From Malacoraja senta (Eukaryota), in the NCBI GenBank assembly GCA_038087875.1, contig JAXLNO010000259.1, positions 1 to 64,000 on the forward strand: a stretch of DNA of 64,000 bases, read 5' to 3'. Positions 37,016 to 50,033 of this stretch are shown in pieces (positions within the stretch are counted from its first letter, which is position 1; every line of letters begins with the position of its first letter). The notes beneath the pieces are model-generated. The model was not told the origin of the DNA and ran no database searches. It saw only the letters and a program-made list of their open reading frames with translations. Position numbers and translations under genes: made by a program.

Positions 37016-39437
37016 GGGGGGTCACAATATCTGAGGCCTGGATCGCCTTCGCGAAGAGGGAGAACAAGGAGGGAAGAGATAAAGACTTAAGATTTTTGCC
37101 TTCCATCACAGTGAGGAGGTGCCTGGTGAACTCACTGTGGTGGATGTTAAATTTGTGTTTATTTTGTGTTTTGTTATTTTATTATATGTATGACTGCAAG
37201 GCAACTAAATTTCGTTCAGACCGAAAGGTCTAAATGAAAGTAAAGTTCCCATGATCCATTACTCTGCATCTGCCACGCATCTGCCCACTCACTCGAACGG
37301 CCCAGGTCATCCTGCAACCTCCTAACATCCTCTTCACAGTTCACACTGCCACCCAACTTTGTGTCATCCGCAAACTTGCTAGTGTTGCTCCTAATTCGCT
37401 CTTCCAATTCATTAATGCTTCAAAAGGGCATCAATGATACCAGTGCACAAGAAGAGTAAGGTGACGTGCCTCAATGACTATCGACCTGTGGCACTAACGC
37501 CTGTGGTGATGAAGTACTTTGAGAGGTTGATCATGACGCAGATCAACTCCTATCTCGACAAAAATCTGGACCAACTGCAGTTCGCTTACCGCCACAACCG
37601 GTCAACGGTGGATGCGATCTCGTTGGCCCTCCACTCCGCACTGGACCACTTGGACAACAAAAACTCAAAAGTCAGGCTGTTATTCATCGATTACTGCTCG
37701 GCATTTAATACAATCATCCCCTCCAAGCTGGTTACCAAACTCACAGAACTGCGTCTCTGCGCATCCCTCTGCAATTGGATCCTCGACTTCCTCACTCTCA
37801 GACCACAGTCTGTTCGTATTGGTGGACATGTGTCAGACTCGATAACAATCAGCACGGGAGCACCTCAAGGCTGGGTGCTCAGCCCCCCTGCTGTACTCAC
37901 TCTATACTCATGACTGCGTAGGCGGACATAGTGCGAACTGCATCATCAAGTTCGCTGACGACACCACTGTTGTGGGACTTATCACTGATGGGGATGAGTC
38001 AGAGTATAGAAGAGATATCGAGCAACTGTCCATATGGTGCCAGCACAATAACCTGGCCCTCAACACCAGCAAAACCAAGGAACTGATTGTGGACTTTGGA
38101 AGGAATAAGATGGGGACCCACAGTCCCGTTTATTTCAACGAGTCGATGGTTGAAAGGGTCAATAGCTTCAAATTCCTAGGCGTGCACATCTCTGAAGATC
38201 TCTCCTGGACCGAGAACACTGATGACATTATTAAGAAAGCACATCAGCGCCTCTACTTCCTGAGAAGATTACGGAGAGTCGGTTTGTCAAGGAGGACTCT
38301 CTCTAACTTCTACAGGTGCTCAGTAGAGAGCATGCAGACCGGTTGCATCGTGGCTTGGTTCGGCAACTTGAGCGCCCTGGAGAGGAAAAGACTACAAAAA
38401 GTAGTAAACACTGCCCAGTCCATCATCGGCTCTAACCTCCCTTCCATCGAAGGGATCTATCACAGTCGCTGCCTCAAAAAGGGTGGCAGTATCATCAAGG
38501 ACCCACACCATCCTGGCCACACACTTAACTCCCTTCTACCTTCAAGTAGAAGGTACAGGAGCCGGAAGACTACAACGACCAGGTTCAGGAATAGCTACTA
38601 CCCCACAGCCATCAGGCTATTAAGCCTGGCTCGGACAAATCACTGAGCAAGACTTTCATTGTCCTATCAGGGACACATGACAATAAACTCACTTGAACTT
38701 GAACATGAACTAATATATATGGTAAAGAGTTGCGTCCGCAACACCGAGCCTTGCGGCACTCCACTCGCCAATGCCTGCCATTCTGAAAAGGACCCGTTCA
38801 CTCTTACCCGTTGCTTCCGGTCTGCCAACCAATTTTCTATCCATGTCAACACCCTACCCCCAATACCGTGTGCTCTAATTTTAGTCACCAGCCTCCCGTG
38901 CGGGACCTTATCAAAGGCTATCTGCAAGTCTAGATAGACTACATCCACTGGCAACCCTTCATCCATTTTACTTGAGAGACAGGCGTAGGGAGGTAGAGCG
39001 AGAGAGGGGGAGAGAAGGGGAGAGGGAGCGGACGTCGCACATGGTGAGAGAGAAAATGAGAGAGACAGATAGAGAGTGAGAGGGAGGGTGATCGGGAGGA
39101 AGGGAGAGGGATAAATTAAGAAAGTGGGAGCGAGAGGGAGAGTGCGAGGGAGAGAGATCGAATGAGCGAGCGCGAGAGAGAGACATACTGAGAGGTGATG
39201 AGAAAGGGAGGGAGGGATGGAGAGAGAGGGAGCGAGGAAGAAGGAGAAATGAAAGAGAGAGAGAGAGGGTGAGAGATAGAAACATAGAAACATAGAAACA
39301 TAGAAACATAGAAAATCGGTGCAGGAGGAGGCCATTCGACCCTTCGAACCAGCGCCGCCATTCATTATGGTCATAGCTGATCGACCCCTATCAATAACCC
39401 GTGCCTTCCTTCTCCCCATATCCATTGCCTCCATTAG
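37016..39437 (+). repeat. Local segmental duplication, copy A (copy B at ~41142-43557)
   Basis: Same order and junctions in both copies: GC-element tail, CR1 piece, Rex1, CR1 piece, AG-rich tract, CR1 tail. Confidence 0.92.
37417..38710 (+). mobile_element. Rex1/Babar LINE, 5'-truncated (copy 1)
   Basis: [51 protein letters not shown]; (CTTGAA) tail; inserted in a CR1 at TAAT. Confidence 0.9.
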
Positions 39438-39567
39438 CCAAGAGGAGAGAGGGAGTGCGAGAGAGAGTGCGAGAGAGAGAGGGACGGAAAGCGAGAGAGA
39501 GAGAGGAGAGGGATAGAGCGACAGATGGCAGAGAGAGGATAGAGATAGTTAGGTAGAGACACAGAAC

Positions 39568-39723
<156 letters not shown>

Positions 39724-40464
39724 GTCATTCGGTCCTTCGAGCCAACACCGCTATTCATTGTGATCATGGCTGATCGTCCACCATCAATAACCCGTGTCTG
39801 CCTTCTCCCCATATCCCTTGACTCCACTAGACCCTAGACCTCTATCTAGCTCTCTCTTGAATCCATCCAGTGATGTGGCCTCCAGGGAATTCCATGAATT
39901 CACAATTCTCTGGGTGAAAACGTTTTTCTCACCTCAATCTTAAATGACCTCCTCTTTATTCTAAGACTGTGGCCCCTGGTTCTGGACTCGCCCAACATTG
40001 GGAAAAAAGTTCTGCCTCTAGCTTCTCCAGTCCTTTTATAATTTGATATGTGTCTATAAGATCGCCCCCTCATCCTTCTGAACTCCAGTGAATACAAGCC
40101 TAGTCTTTTCAATCATTCCTCAGATGACAGTCCCGCCATCGAAGGGATCAATCTCGTGAACCTACGCTGCACTGCCGCAATGACAAGGATGTCCTTCCTC
40201 AAATTAGGAGACCAAAACTGTACACAATACTACAGATGTGGTCTCACCAGAGCCCTATACAACTCGAGAAGAACTCCTATACTGAAATCCTCTTGTTATG
40301 AACGCCAAAATTCCATTAGCTTTCTTAGCCAACTTTCAGTGACCGGTGTACAAGCACACCCATGTCTCGCTGCACCTCCCCCTTACTTAACATAACCCCA
40401 TTGACATAATAATCTGCCCCCTTGTTTTTGCGCCAAAGTGGATAACCTCACATTTATCTATATT

Positions 40465-41385
40465 GGAGTGGCGGCGCTGCGTCGGCAGCTGAGGCTCGCC
40501 TGCAGTCCGTCTGTTTCTTTATTTTTCGTTGTTGTTTTCTTGTCCTGTTTTAGCTAGTTAATTTGAGTTATTAGGTTGTGTATGTGTGGGGTGGGAGTGG
40601 GAGCGACGCGTTTTAGTCTCTTTCTTCGGGGGAATGCGACTTTTGTTGTCGTATTCCCCGTCTCCTTCTCCGTCTGCGCTGAGGCACTAATGGCGGAGCT
40701 GGCGTCCTCCAACTGGGACCGACCTCGAGGCTCCGGAGGCAGAGCCAGCCAGGACTTACCAGCGCGAGGATGGCCGACTTCGGGTCTGTAGCGTGTTCTG
40801 GCGTACCGGCGGCGGCCCGTCTCGGGGCTGAGGTGGTGTTCCGGCGGCGGCGGCTCGACTCGGGGCTGAGGTGGTGTTACGGCGGCGGCGACCCGACTCG
40901 GGGCTGAGGTGGTATTACGGCGGCGGCGACCCGACTTCGGAGGTTCGGCCGCGGGCCCAGTAGACGACATCGTCGGGAGCTTGCAGGTCACAGGTTGGTG
41001 AACTGTTTTTCCAGAGCTCCCGCGGCAACAGCTTTATCGGCTGGCCTGGAGGGCGGCAGCTTCGACTACCCCAGGCCGCGGAGATTGAACCGGCCCGTTC
41101 GTGGAGCATGGTTGGGCCGCGGGACTTACTTACCATCATCCGGTGGGGTCACAATATCTGAGGCCTGGATCGCCTTCGCGAAGAGGAGAGAACAAGGAGG
41201 GAAGAGATAAAGACTTAAGATTTTTGCCTTCCATCACAGTGAGGAGGTGCCTGGTGAACTCACTGTGGTGGATGTTAAATTTGTGTTTATTGTGTGTTTT
41301 GTTATTTTATTATATGTATGACTGCAAGGCAACTATTTTTCGTTCAGACCGAAAGGTCTAAATGAAAATAAAGTTCCCATGATCC
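40465..41385 (+). mobile_element. GC-rich non-coding, non-autonomous retroposon-like insertion
   Basis: Clean insertion into a CR1 with ATT on both sides; 38-bp internal tandem repeat at 40805-40937; 3' GAAA-capped hairpin followed by AATAAA; partial second copy at 37016-37257. Confidence 0.75.
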
Positions 41386-43557
41386 ATTACTCTGCATCTG
41401 CCACGCATCTGCCCACTCATTCAAACTGCCCAGGTCATCCTGCAACCTCCTAACATCCTCTTCGCAGTTCATACTGCCAACCAGCTTTGTGTCATCCGCA
41501 AACTTGCTAGTGTTGCTCCTAATTCGCTCTTCCAAATCATTCATGCTTCAAAAGGGCATCAATTATACCAGTGCCCAAGAAGAGTAAGGTGACGTGCCTC
41601 AATGACTATCGACCTGTGGCACTAACGCCTGTGGTGATGAAGTGCTTTGAGAGGTTGATCATGACGCAGATCAACTCCTATCTCGACAAAAATCTGGACC
41701 AACTGCAGTTCGCTTACCGCCACAACCGGTCAACGGTGGATGCGATCTCGTTGGCCCTCCACTCCGCACTGGACCACTTGGAGAACAACAACTCAAATGT
41801 CAGGCTGTTATTCATCGATTACAGCTCGGCACTTAATACAATCTTCCCCTCCAAGCTGGTTACCAAACTCACAGAACTGCGTCTCTGCGCATCCCTCTGC
41901 AATTGGATCCTCGACTTCCTCAGTCTCAGAGCACAGTCTGTTCGTATTGGTGGACATGTGTCAGACTTGATAACAATCAGCACGGGAGCACCTCAAGGCT
42001 GGGTGCTCAGCCCCTGCTGTAATCACTCTATACTCATGACTGCGTAGGCGGAAATAGTGCGAACTGCATCATCAAGTTCGCTGACGACACCACTGTTGTG
42101 GGACGTATCACTGATGGGCATGAGTCAGAGTATAGAAGAGAGATCGAGAAACTGTCCATATGGTGCCAGCACAATAACCTGGTCCTCAACACCAGCAAAA
42201 CCAAGGAACTGATTGTGGACTTTGGAAGGAATAGGATGGGGACCCACAGTCCCGTTAATATCAACGAGTCGATGGTTGAAAGGGTCAAGAGCTTCAAATT
42301 CCTAGGCGTTCGCATCTCTGAAGATCTTTCCTGGACCGAGAACACTGATGCCATTATTAAGAAAGCACATCAGCGCCTCTACTTCCTGCGAAGATTACGT
42401 AGAGTCGGTTTGTCAAGGAGGACTCTCTCTAACTTCTACAGGTGCTCAGGAGAGAGCATGCAGACCGGTTGCATCGTGGCTTGGTTCGGCAACTTGAGCG
42501 CCCTGGAGAGGAAAAGACTACAAAAAGTAGTAAACACTCCCCAGTCCATCATCGGCTCTAACCTCCCTTCCATCGAAGGGATCTATCACAGTCGCTGCCT
42601 CAAAAAGGGTGGCAGTATCATCAAGGACCCACACCATCCTGGCCACACATTCAACTCCCTTCTACCTTCAAGTAGAAGGTACAGGAGCCGGAAGCCTACA
42701 ACGACCAGGTTCAGGAATAGCTACTACCCCACAGCCATCAGGCTATTAAGCCTGGCTCGGACAAATCACTGAGCAAGACTTTCATTGTCCTATCAGGGAC
42801 ACATGACAATAAACTCGCTTGAACTTGAACATGAACTAATATATATGATAAACAGTTGCGTCCGCAAAACTGAGCCTTGCGGCACTCCACTCACCAATGC
42901 CTGCCATTCTGAAAAGGACCCGTTCACACTTACCCTTTGCTTCCGGTCCGCCAACCAATTTTCTATCCATGTCAACACCCTACCCCCAATACAGTGTGCT
43001 CTAATTTTAGTCACCAGCCTCCCGTGCGGGACCTTATAAAAGGCTATCTGCAAGTCTAGATACACTACACCACTGGCAACCCTTCATCAATTTTACTTGA
43101 GAGACAGGCGTAGGGAGGTAGAGCGAGAGAGGGGGAGAGAAGGGGAGAGGGAGCGGACGTCGTACATGGTGAGAGAGAAAATGAGAGAGGACAAGATAGA
43201 GAGTAGAGAGGGAGGGTGCTCGGGAGGAAGGGAGAGGGAGAAATTAAGAAAGTGGGAGCGAGAGGGAGAGTGCGAGGGAGAGAGACTGAATGAGCGAGCG
43301 CGAGAGAGAGACAGACTGAGAGGTGATGAGAAAGGGAGGGAGGGATGGAGAGAGAGGGAGCGAGGTAGAAGGAGAAATGAAAGAGAGAGAGAGAGGGTGA
43401 GAGATAGAAACATAGAAACATATAAACATAGAAACATAGTAAATCGGTGCAGGAGGAGGCCATTCGACCCTTCGAACCAGCGCCGCCATTCATAGCTGAT
43501 CGACCCCTATCAATAACCCGTGCCTGCCTTCTCCCCATATCCATTGCCTCCATTAGC
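41142..43557 (+). repeat. Local segmental duplication, copy B
   Basis: Highly similar to 37016-39437, including shared TE junctions. Confidence 0.92.
41545..42836 (+). mobile_element. Rex1/Babar LINE, 5'-truncated (copy 2)
   Basis: ORFs 41571-42047 and 42098-42772 nearly identical to copy 1; same truncation point. Confidence 0.9.
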
Positions 43558-46069
43558 CCCTAGAGATCTATCTAACTCTCTCTTAAATCCATCAAGTGAG
43601 TTGGCCTCCACTGCCCCCTGTGGCAGGGAATTCCATAAATTCACAACTCTCTGGGTGAAAAAGGTTTATCTCACCTCAGTCTTAAATGACCTCCCCTTTA
43701 TTATAAGACCGTGGCCCGTGGTTCTGGACTCGCCCAACATTGGGAACATTTTTCCTGCATCTAGCTTGTCCAGTCCTTTGATAATTTAATATCTATTAAT
43801 CAGATCCAACCTCATCCTTCTAAATTACAGTGAATACAAGCCTAGTCTTTTCAATCTTTCCACATATGACAGCCCCGCCATCCCTGGGATCAATCTTGTG
43901 AACCTACGCTGCACTGCCTCAATCACAAGGACGTCCTTCCTCAAATTAGGAGACCAAAACTGTATACAATACTCCAGATGTGGTATCACCAGAGCCCTAT
44001 ACCACTGCAGAAGAACCTATTTACTCCTATACTGAAATCCTCTTGATATAAAGGCCAACATTCCATTAGCTTTTTTCACTGCCTGCTGTACTTGTAAGAC
44101 AACTTTCAGTGACCGGTGTACAAGGACGTCCAGTTCTCGCTGCACCTCCCTTACCTTACCTAACCCCATTGAGATAATAATTTCCCCCCTTGTTTTTGCG
44201 GCAAAGTGGATAACCTCACATTTATCTATATTATACTGCATCTGCCACGCATCTACCCACTCGCTCAATCTGTCCAGGTCACCCTGCATTTTCCTAACAT
44301 CCTCTTCACAGTTCACACTTCCACCCAGCTTTGTGTCATCTGCAAACTTGCTAGTGTTGCTCCTAATTCCCTCTTCCAAATCATTAATATATATATTAAA
44401 CAGTTGCGACCCCAACACCGAGCCTTGCGGCACTCCACTCGCCACTTCCTGCCATTCTGAAAAGGACCCGTTCTCTCCTAATCTTTTCTTCCGGTCTGCC
44501 AACCAATTTCTATCCATGTCAACACCCTACCCCCAATACCATGTGCTCTAATTTTAGTCACTAGTCTCTCGTGCGGGACCTTATCAAAGGCTTTCTGAAA
44601 GTCTAAATACACTACATCCACTGGCACCCCTTCATCCATTTACTTGTCACATCCTCAAAAAATTCCAGTAGATTAGTCAAGCATGATTTCCCTTTCATAA
44701 ATCCATGTTGACTTGGACTAATCCTTAACTGCTATCCAAATGCCTCATTATTACCTCTTTAATAATTGACTCCACCATCTTTCCCACCACCGAAGTCAGG
44801 CTAACTGGTCTGTAATTCCCCGTTTTCTCTCTCGCCTCTTTCTTGACAAGTGGGATAACAGTAGCTATCCTCCAATCCACAGCAACTGATCCTGAATCTA
44901 TTGAACATTGGAAAATGATCACCAATGCGTCCACTGATCACCAATGCGTCTAGAGCCACCTCCCTGAGGACCCTGGGATGTAGACCAGCAGGCCCAGGGG
45001 ATTTATCATCCTTCCGTCCCATTAGCCTACCCAATACTATTTCTCGCCTAATGACAATTTATTTCAGTTCCACTACCCCCTTAGATCCTCTGTCCTCCAG
45101 TACATCTGAGAGATTGTTTCTGTCTTTTTAGTGAAGACAGATCCGAAGTACCTATTCAACACTTCTGCCATTTCCTTGTTGCCCATAATAATTTCATCCG
45201 TGTCTGCCTTCAAGGGACCCATATTTGACTTTGCTACTCGTTTTCCCTTAACATATCTAAAGGAGCTTTTACTGTCCTTCTTTATATTCCTGGCCAGCTT
45301 CCCTTCAAACTTCATCTTTTCAGCCCGTATTGCCCGTTTTGTTTCCTTTTGTTGTCCTATGAACGTTTCCCAATCCTCTGGCTTCCGGCTACTCTTTGCT
45401 GTGTTATACGTCTTTTCTTTTAGTTTTATTCTATCCCTAACTTCTCTTGTCAGCCACGGTGCTTCCTACTCCCCCTTCGAATCTTACTTCCTTTTTGGAA
45501 TGAAATGATCCTGCGTCTTCCGCATTATGCCCAGAAATTCCAGCCATTGCTGTTCCACCGTCATTCCTGCTCGGATCCCTTTCGAGTCGACTTTGGCCAG
45601 CTCCCCTCTCATACCTTCACAGTCCCCTTTGTTCAAATGCATCACTGACACTTCCGATTTAACGTTCTCCCTCTCAAATTGCAGATTAGAACTAATCATA
45701 ATATAATCATTACCTCCAAGCGGTTCCTTTACCTCGAGTTCTCTTATCATATCTGGTTCATTGGACAACACTAAATCCAGAATTGCCTTTTCTCTGGTCG
45801 GCTCATTACAAGCTGCTCTAAGAATCCATCTCGGAGGCATTCTGCAAACTCTCTTTCTTGGGGCCTGAACCAACCTGATTTTCCCAGTCTACCTGCATAT
45901 TGAAATACCCCATCACCACAGTGGCATTACCTTTGTTACATGCCAGTTTTAACTCCTGCTGCAACTTGCACCCTACATCCCGGCTTCTATTTGGGGGTCT
46001 GTAAATAACACCATTTGTGTCTTCTTGCCTTTACAATTCTTCAACTCAATCCAAAGTGACTCTCCCCTC
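43405..46069 (-). mobile_element. CR1/HER1-type LINE running into the assembly gap
   Basis: (TTCTATGT)n tail; RT and EN fragments resembling the copy at 19693-24160. Confidence 0.92.
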
Positions 46070-46269
46070 NNNNNNNNNNNNNNNNNNNNNNNNNNNNNNN
46101 NNNNNNNNNNNNNNNNNNNNNNNNNNNNNNNNNNNNNNNNNNNNNNNNNNNNNNNNNNNNNNNNNNNNNNNNNNNNNNNNNNNNNNNNNNNNNNNNNNNN
46201 NNNNNNNNNNNNNNNNNNNNNNNNNNNNNNNNNNNNNNNNNNNNNNNNNNNNNNNNNNNNNNNNNNNNN
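46070..46269. other. Assembly gap (200 N)
   Basis: Run of N; adjacency across it is unverified. Confidence 1.
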
Positions 46270-46787
46270 CCGCTGACCAGCCAGGCTAGGGCAGTGTCAC
46301 GAGAAATATTACGAAGATTCAGTAGGGCCAGGTAAAAATCCGAATGCGATAGTCTACACTGCTCCAAAAGCTCCTTGGCACTGCGGACGGCGCGCTCAGC
46401 AAGGCCGTTGCTCTGCGGGTCATCAGGGCTGGTGGTGATGTGGCGAAAGTTCCAGGCGGCAGCCAAGGCGCGGAACACCGCACTCGAGAACTGGTCGCCG
46501 TTGTCAGACTGCAAAGTCACAGGAGAGCCAAAGATCCCAAAGTTGCGGCGCAGCTTCCCGATGACAGCAGCAGAAGTGAGGGAGGGCAGCTGATCCACCT
46601 TGAACCAGCTGGAATAGGAGTCTACAAGGACCAGGAAATGTTTGCCACGCCACTCAAATATGTCAGTAGCGACCGCCATCCACGCCAGGTCGGGGGGCAG
46701 GCTGTTGCAGGAGTGGCAGGCGTTGCTGGTGGGGAGAGAGGCTATTGCAGGTTCAGCAGGCGGAGACCCTATCCCGGATGTCCTGTG

Positions 46788-48215
46788 CTATGCCGGGCCA
46801 ATAAAATTGGCTCTGGGCCTGGACAGGGTGGCATCGGATCCGGGATGGCCGCTGTGGGTAGTTTGGAAATAGTGGTCCCGCAGTGCAGCAGGCACCACAA
46901 CCCTGTGGCCCTTCACCACCACGCCGTCATGCAGCACAAGTTCATCCAGGACTAGGAAGTAGGGCGCAGCGCCAGCCGGCAAGGATGAGCGACGGTCAGC
47001 CCAGCCACGACGGATGACGTCTACAAGCTGTTGCAGGGCAGGATCATTGGCAGTGTGCTGAACCAGGGACTGCATTTGCCGGGAAGGCACAATGTTAACG
47101 TTTAGCACCATCAGGTCGGACGATTCGTACGGGTGGCGGGCAGTAGACGCCAGCGGTGCGCGCGACAGCGTGTCGGCCACAAACATATCCTTGCCCTTTC
47201 GGTACACGATTCGAAACGTGAAACGCTGGAGCTGCAGCATCATACGCTGCAAACGGGAAGAGGCAACGTGGATCGGTTTGTTCAAGATCGTGACCAGCGG
47301 CTGGTGGTCGGTCTCAATAGTGAAGGTGTTACCCAGAATGTAGTCCTTGAACTTCGAGCAGGCAAACATCACGGCAAGGAGTTCCTTCTCGATCTGAGCG
47401 CAGCGTTGTTCGGCAGGGGTCATGGTGCAGGAAGCGTAGGAGACAGGTAGCTGTAGGCGGTCGTAGAGTGGCAGGCAGGCGGCACCGAGACCGAAATTCG
47501 AGGCATCGCAGGTGAGGACAATGTGGTGCTTCAAGTCGAAGAACTTGAGAGTGGGCGTGCGAACCAGCCGGGACTTCAGGGCTTCGATAGCTGCCTGATG
47601 CTGCGGGAACCAAACCCAGGCAGTGTCCTTCTTGGTCAGTTCTCTCAGGGGCGCACTCAGCTCGCTGAGGTCGGGAATGAATTTCACCAGGTAGTTCACC
47701 ATGCCCAAGAAGCGCTGCAGGCTGGGCACGTCGGCCGGAGCTGGCATCCCCGAGACCGCAGCTGTCTTCTGTGGGTCTGGTTTCAGACCCTCAGCCCTGA
47801 AAACGTGGCCCACGTATGTGACATCCGGGACGCGGAAACGGCACTTTCTGGGGTTCAGTTTGAGGTTGATCTCACGAACCCTATCCAGGACTTGGCGGAG
47901 GTGGAGGTCGTGCTCAACGACGTCTCTCCCGAACACTAAGATGTCATCGACGATGATAGCACACGGCAGACCGGCAAATAACTGCTCCATGGTGCGCTGG
48001 AAAACCTCGCTGGCAGAATTGATCCCGAAAGGCATGCGGGGGAAACGGAACCTGCCGAAAGGTGTACCGAAAGTGGTCAGGATGGAGGAACGTTCATCTA
48101 GCGGAATCTGCCAGAAAGAGCTCTTGGCATCGAGGACAGAGAAGACAGTGGCTGGGCCAACCTGTGCAGCGACGTCCTCCACCGTTCGCATGGGTAGTGC
48201 GGCGCTTGATGGCAA
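46788..48215 (-). CDS. Gypsy pol RT-RNase H open fragment (475 aa)
   Basis: LDAKSSFWQI, RMPFGINSASEVFQ, VDDILV, LTCDASNFGLGA, IEKELLA, TDHQPL. Confidence 0.88.
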   Translation of the reverse strand: MPSSAALPMRTVEDVAAQVGPATVFSVLDAKSSFWQIPLDERSSILTTFGTPFGRFRFPRMPFGINSASEVFQRTMEQLFAGLPCAIIVDDILVFGRDVVEHDLHLRQVLDRVREINLKLNPRKCRFRVPDVTYVGHVFRAEGLKPDPQKTAAVSGMPAPADVPSLQRFLGMVNYLVKFIPDLSELSAPLRELTKKDTAWVWFPQHQAAIEALKSRLVRTPTLKFFDLKHHIVLTCDASNFGLGAACLPLYDRLQLPVSYASCTMTPAEQRCAQIEKELLAVMFACSKFKDYILGNTFTIETDHQPLVTILNKPIHVASSRLQRMMLQLQRFTFRIVYRKGKDMFVADTLSRAPLASTARHPYESSDLMVLNVNIVPSRQMQSLVQHTANDPALQQLVDVIRRGWADRRSSLPAGAAPYFLVLDELVLHDGVVVKGHRVVVPAALRDHYFQTTHSGHPGSDATLSRPRANFIGPA

Positions 48216-49810
48216 GGTTCAGGTCCTTGGGGTTTGTACAGATCCGAATCTCTTGTCCTTCTTAGCAGCAACGACCATGGTGGAGACCCACCGGGTGGGA
48301 CCACTCACTTCCTTGATGATACCCACGGCCACCATGTGGCGCAGTGTCGACTCCATCCTGTCCTTCATGGCAAAGGAGACGCGGTGAGCCGGGCGGATTA
48401 CCGGATCGACCCCCGGGTCCACAACGATTTCGTAATTGTAGGGTAGTTTGCCCAATACATCGTCAAAATGATCAGGGTACTCGCTCATGGAGTCCATGGG
48501 GGCCTGCACCAGGTGGATATCGCGGTGGAAGGAAACCAAACCGAGGTCCTGGCACGCACTGGCGCCCAACAGAGTAACATTCTCAGATTCCAGCAGGAGG
48601 AAAGAGAGGGGCCGAGAGGTCTTCAGAACCGTGCAGATAAGGGTTGCCTTCCCGACTGGTACGAGCACTCCCCCCCATAGGCATGAGACGGGAGTCGTCG
48701 GCAGTAACCTTCTCACCAGATCTTATCTGCTCAAAGAGGCTTAAAGGCATAACATTGGCAAACGCCCCCGTGTCGACCTTCGCAGGAAAGGTCATCCCAT
48801 TCACAGTAACTCGCACTGAGGGATCAGCTATCAAGGCAGGTGCACCCAAGACTGAACAAATACGCGATTCATAATGGGAGGAACTGGTATCAGAATCAGG
48901 GAGTTCGTCTGAATGGTACTGGGAATCATGAGCGCTATCAGTCACAGCAAGGTTGTTAGACTCCTTCTTGGAGCAGGGACAGGCTGGCCCCTGGAACGAC
49001 ACGCTGCGGAAAAGTGATTCAGCTTTCTACAGAAATTTCAAGTTTTCCCCAGCGCAGGGCAAACATTAAATTGATGATTGGCGAAGTTGCAGTTGGGGCA
49101 ACGACGTGGGCTGCCCTCGCGGGGTGGGAGTGCTACGCTGGCGTGGCCGGCCATCGTTCCGCCGGCGTCCAGCAGCACCGGCATAGTGAATGTCCTGAGG
49201 CTCAGGTGGAGATACGGAGTCGACAGCAGCAGTCATGCAAGAGGCATGCAAAGCCTCGTTTAAAGTGAGGTCTAGCTTCCTCAAGAGCTCTGCCCGTAGC
49301 TTCTCGTCCTGTAGGCCGTGAACTAGGACATCCCCGATCATTTGGTCGGGGGTCACCGCGTCCAGGCGGCAACGCCGAGCAGGTGACGCAACGATGCAAT
49401 GAAGGAGTTGATTTGCTCCCCGGGGTTCTGGCGCCTGGTGAAAAACTTAAACCGCTCTATGATGCAATTGGTGGGAATGTCACATAGCGCGGTAAATTTA
49501 GTCGTAAGACATACCGGGTCCTGAGCATTCTCACCAGCGGCGTGCTCGAACGATTCATAACGTTCTATGGCCTCCGGGCCAGCCAGGTTGAGGAGCAGAT
49601 GTGACGTAACCGCAGGGGTAGCATTAGGATGAGCGATTGCGATGTAATGCTCGAAGTCGCGCCTAAAGACAGACCACCGGTGCACGATGTCGGCGTCAAA
49701 CACCAGCATGTCAGACCTACGACACGAGTTGGCCATGGTAAATAAAGGGTTGGAAAAGAAAAACTGGGAGAAAACAAAAAAAAAACGATAGACAGGAGAC
49801 GCAAGGTTCA

Positions 49811-49824
49811 ACTTTGTGACACCA
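49811..49824 (-). promoter_or_regulatory. Primer-binding site, tRNA-Leu-like
   Basis: TGGTGTCACAAAGT directly after the LTR end ...TTTACA; resembles TGGTGTCAGAAGT, the complement of the tRNA-Leu(CAA) 3' end. Confidence 0.75.
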
Positions 49825-50033
49825 TGTAAAGACTTTCCAAACACGTGATGTCTTCACTACTAATTTATTGCAGACATTGTAATCATACACACACAGTGCC
49901 CTAGCTGTTCGTGGTCCGTCACCGGAGCTAGAGAGAGAGCTGGGGGTGGGGAGGCTACAATTATACTGAAGGTAATGGGGAGTGGTTAGTAGTGGTGAGG
50001 TCACTATGTTAAAGGAGCATGCACTGATCTACA
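49825..50033 (-). repeat. Gypsy 5' LTR (209 bp)
   Basis: TGTA...TACA termini and internal AATAAA; immediately upstream of the PBS. Confidence 0.85.

Larger units (their letters stand above)
46270..50033 (-). mobile_element. Ty3/Gypsy LTR retrotransposon (Mag/K02A2.6-like), 3' end lost in the gap
   Basis: 5' LTR and PBS; gag (IERFKFFTRRQ, two Cys/His knuckles), protease VDTGA, RT IVDDILV, RNase H CDAS, integrase (HSGHPG, SDNG, SNGLAER) in Gypsy order. Confidence 0.95.
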
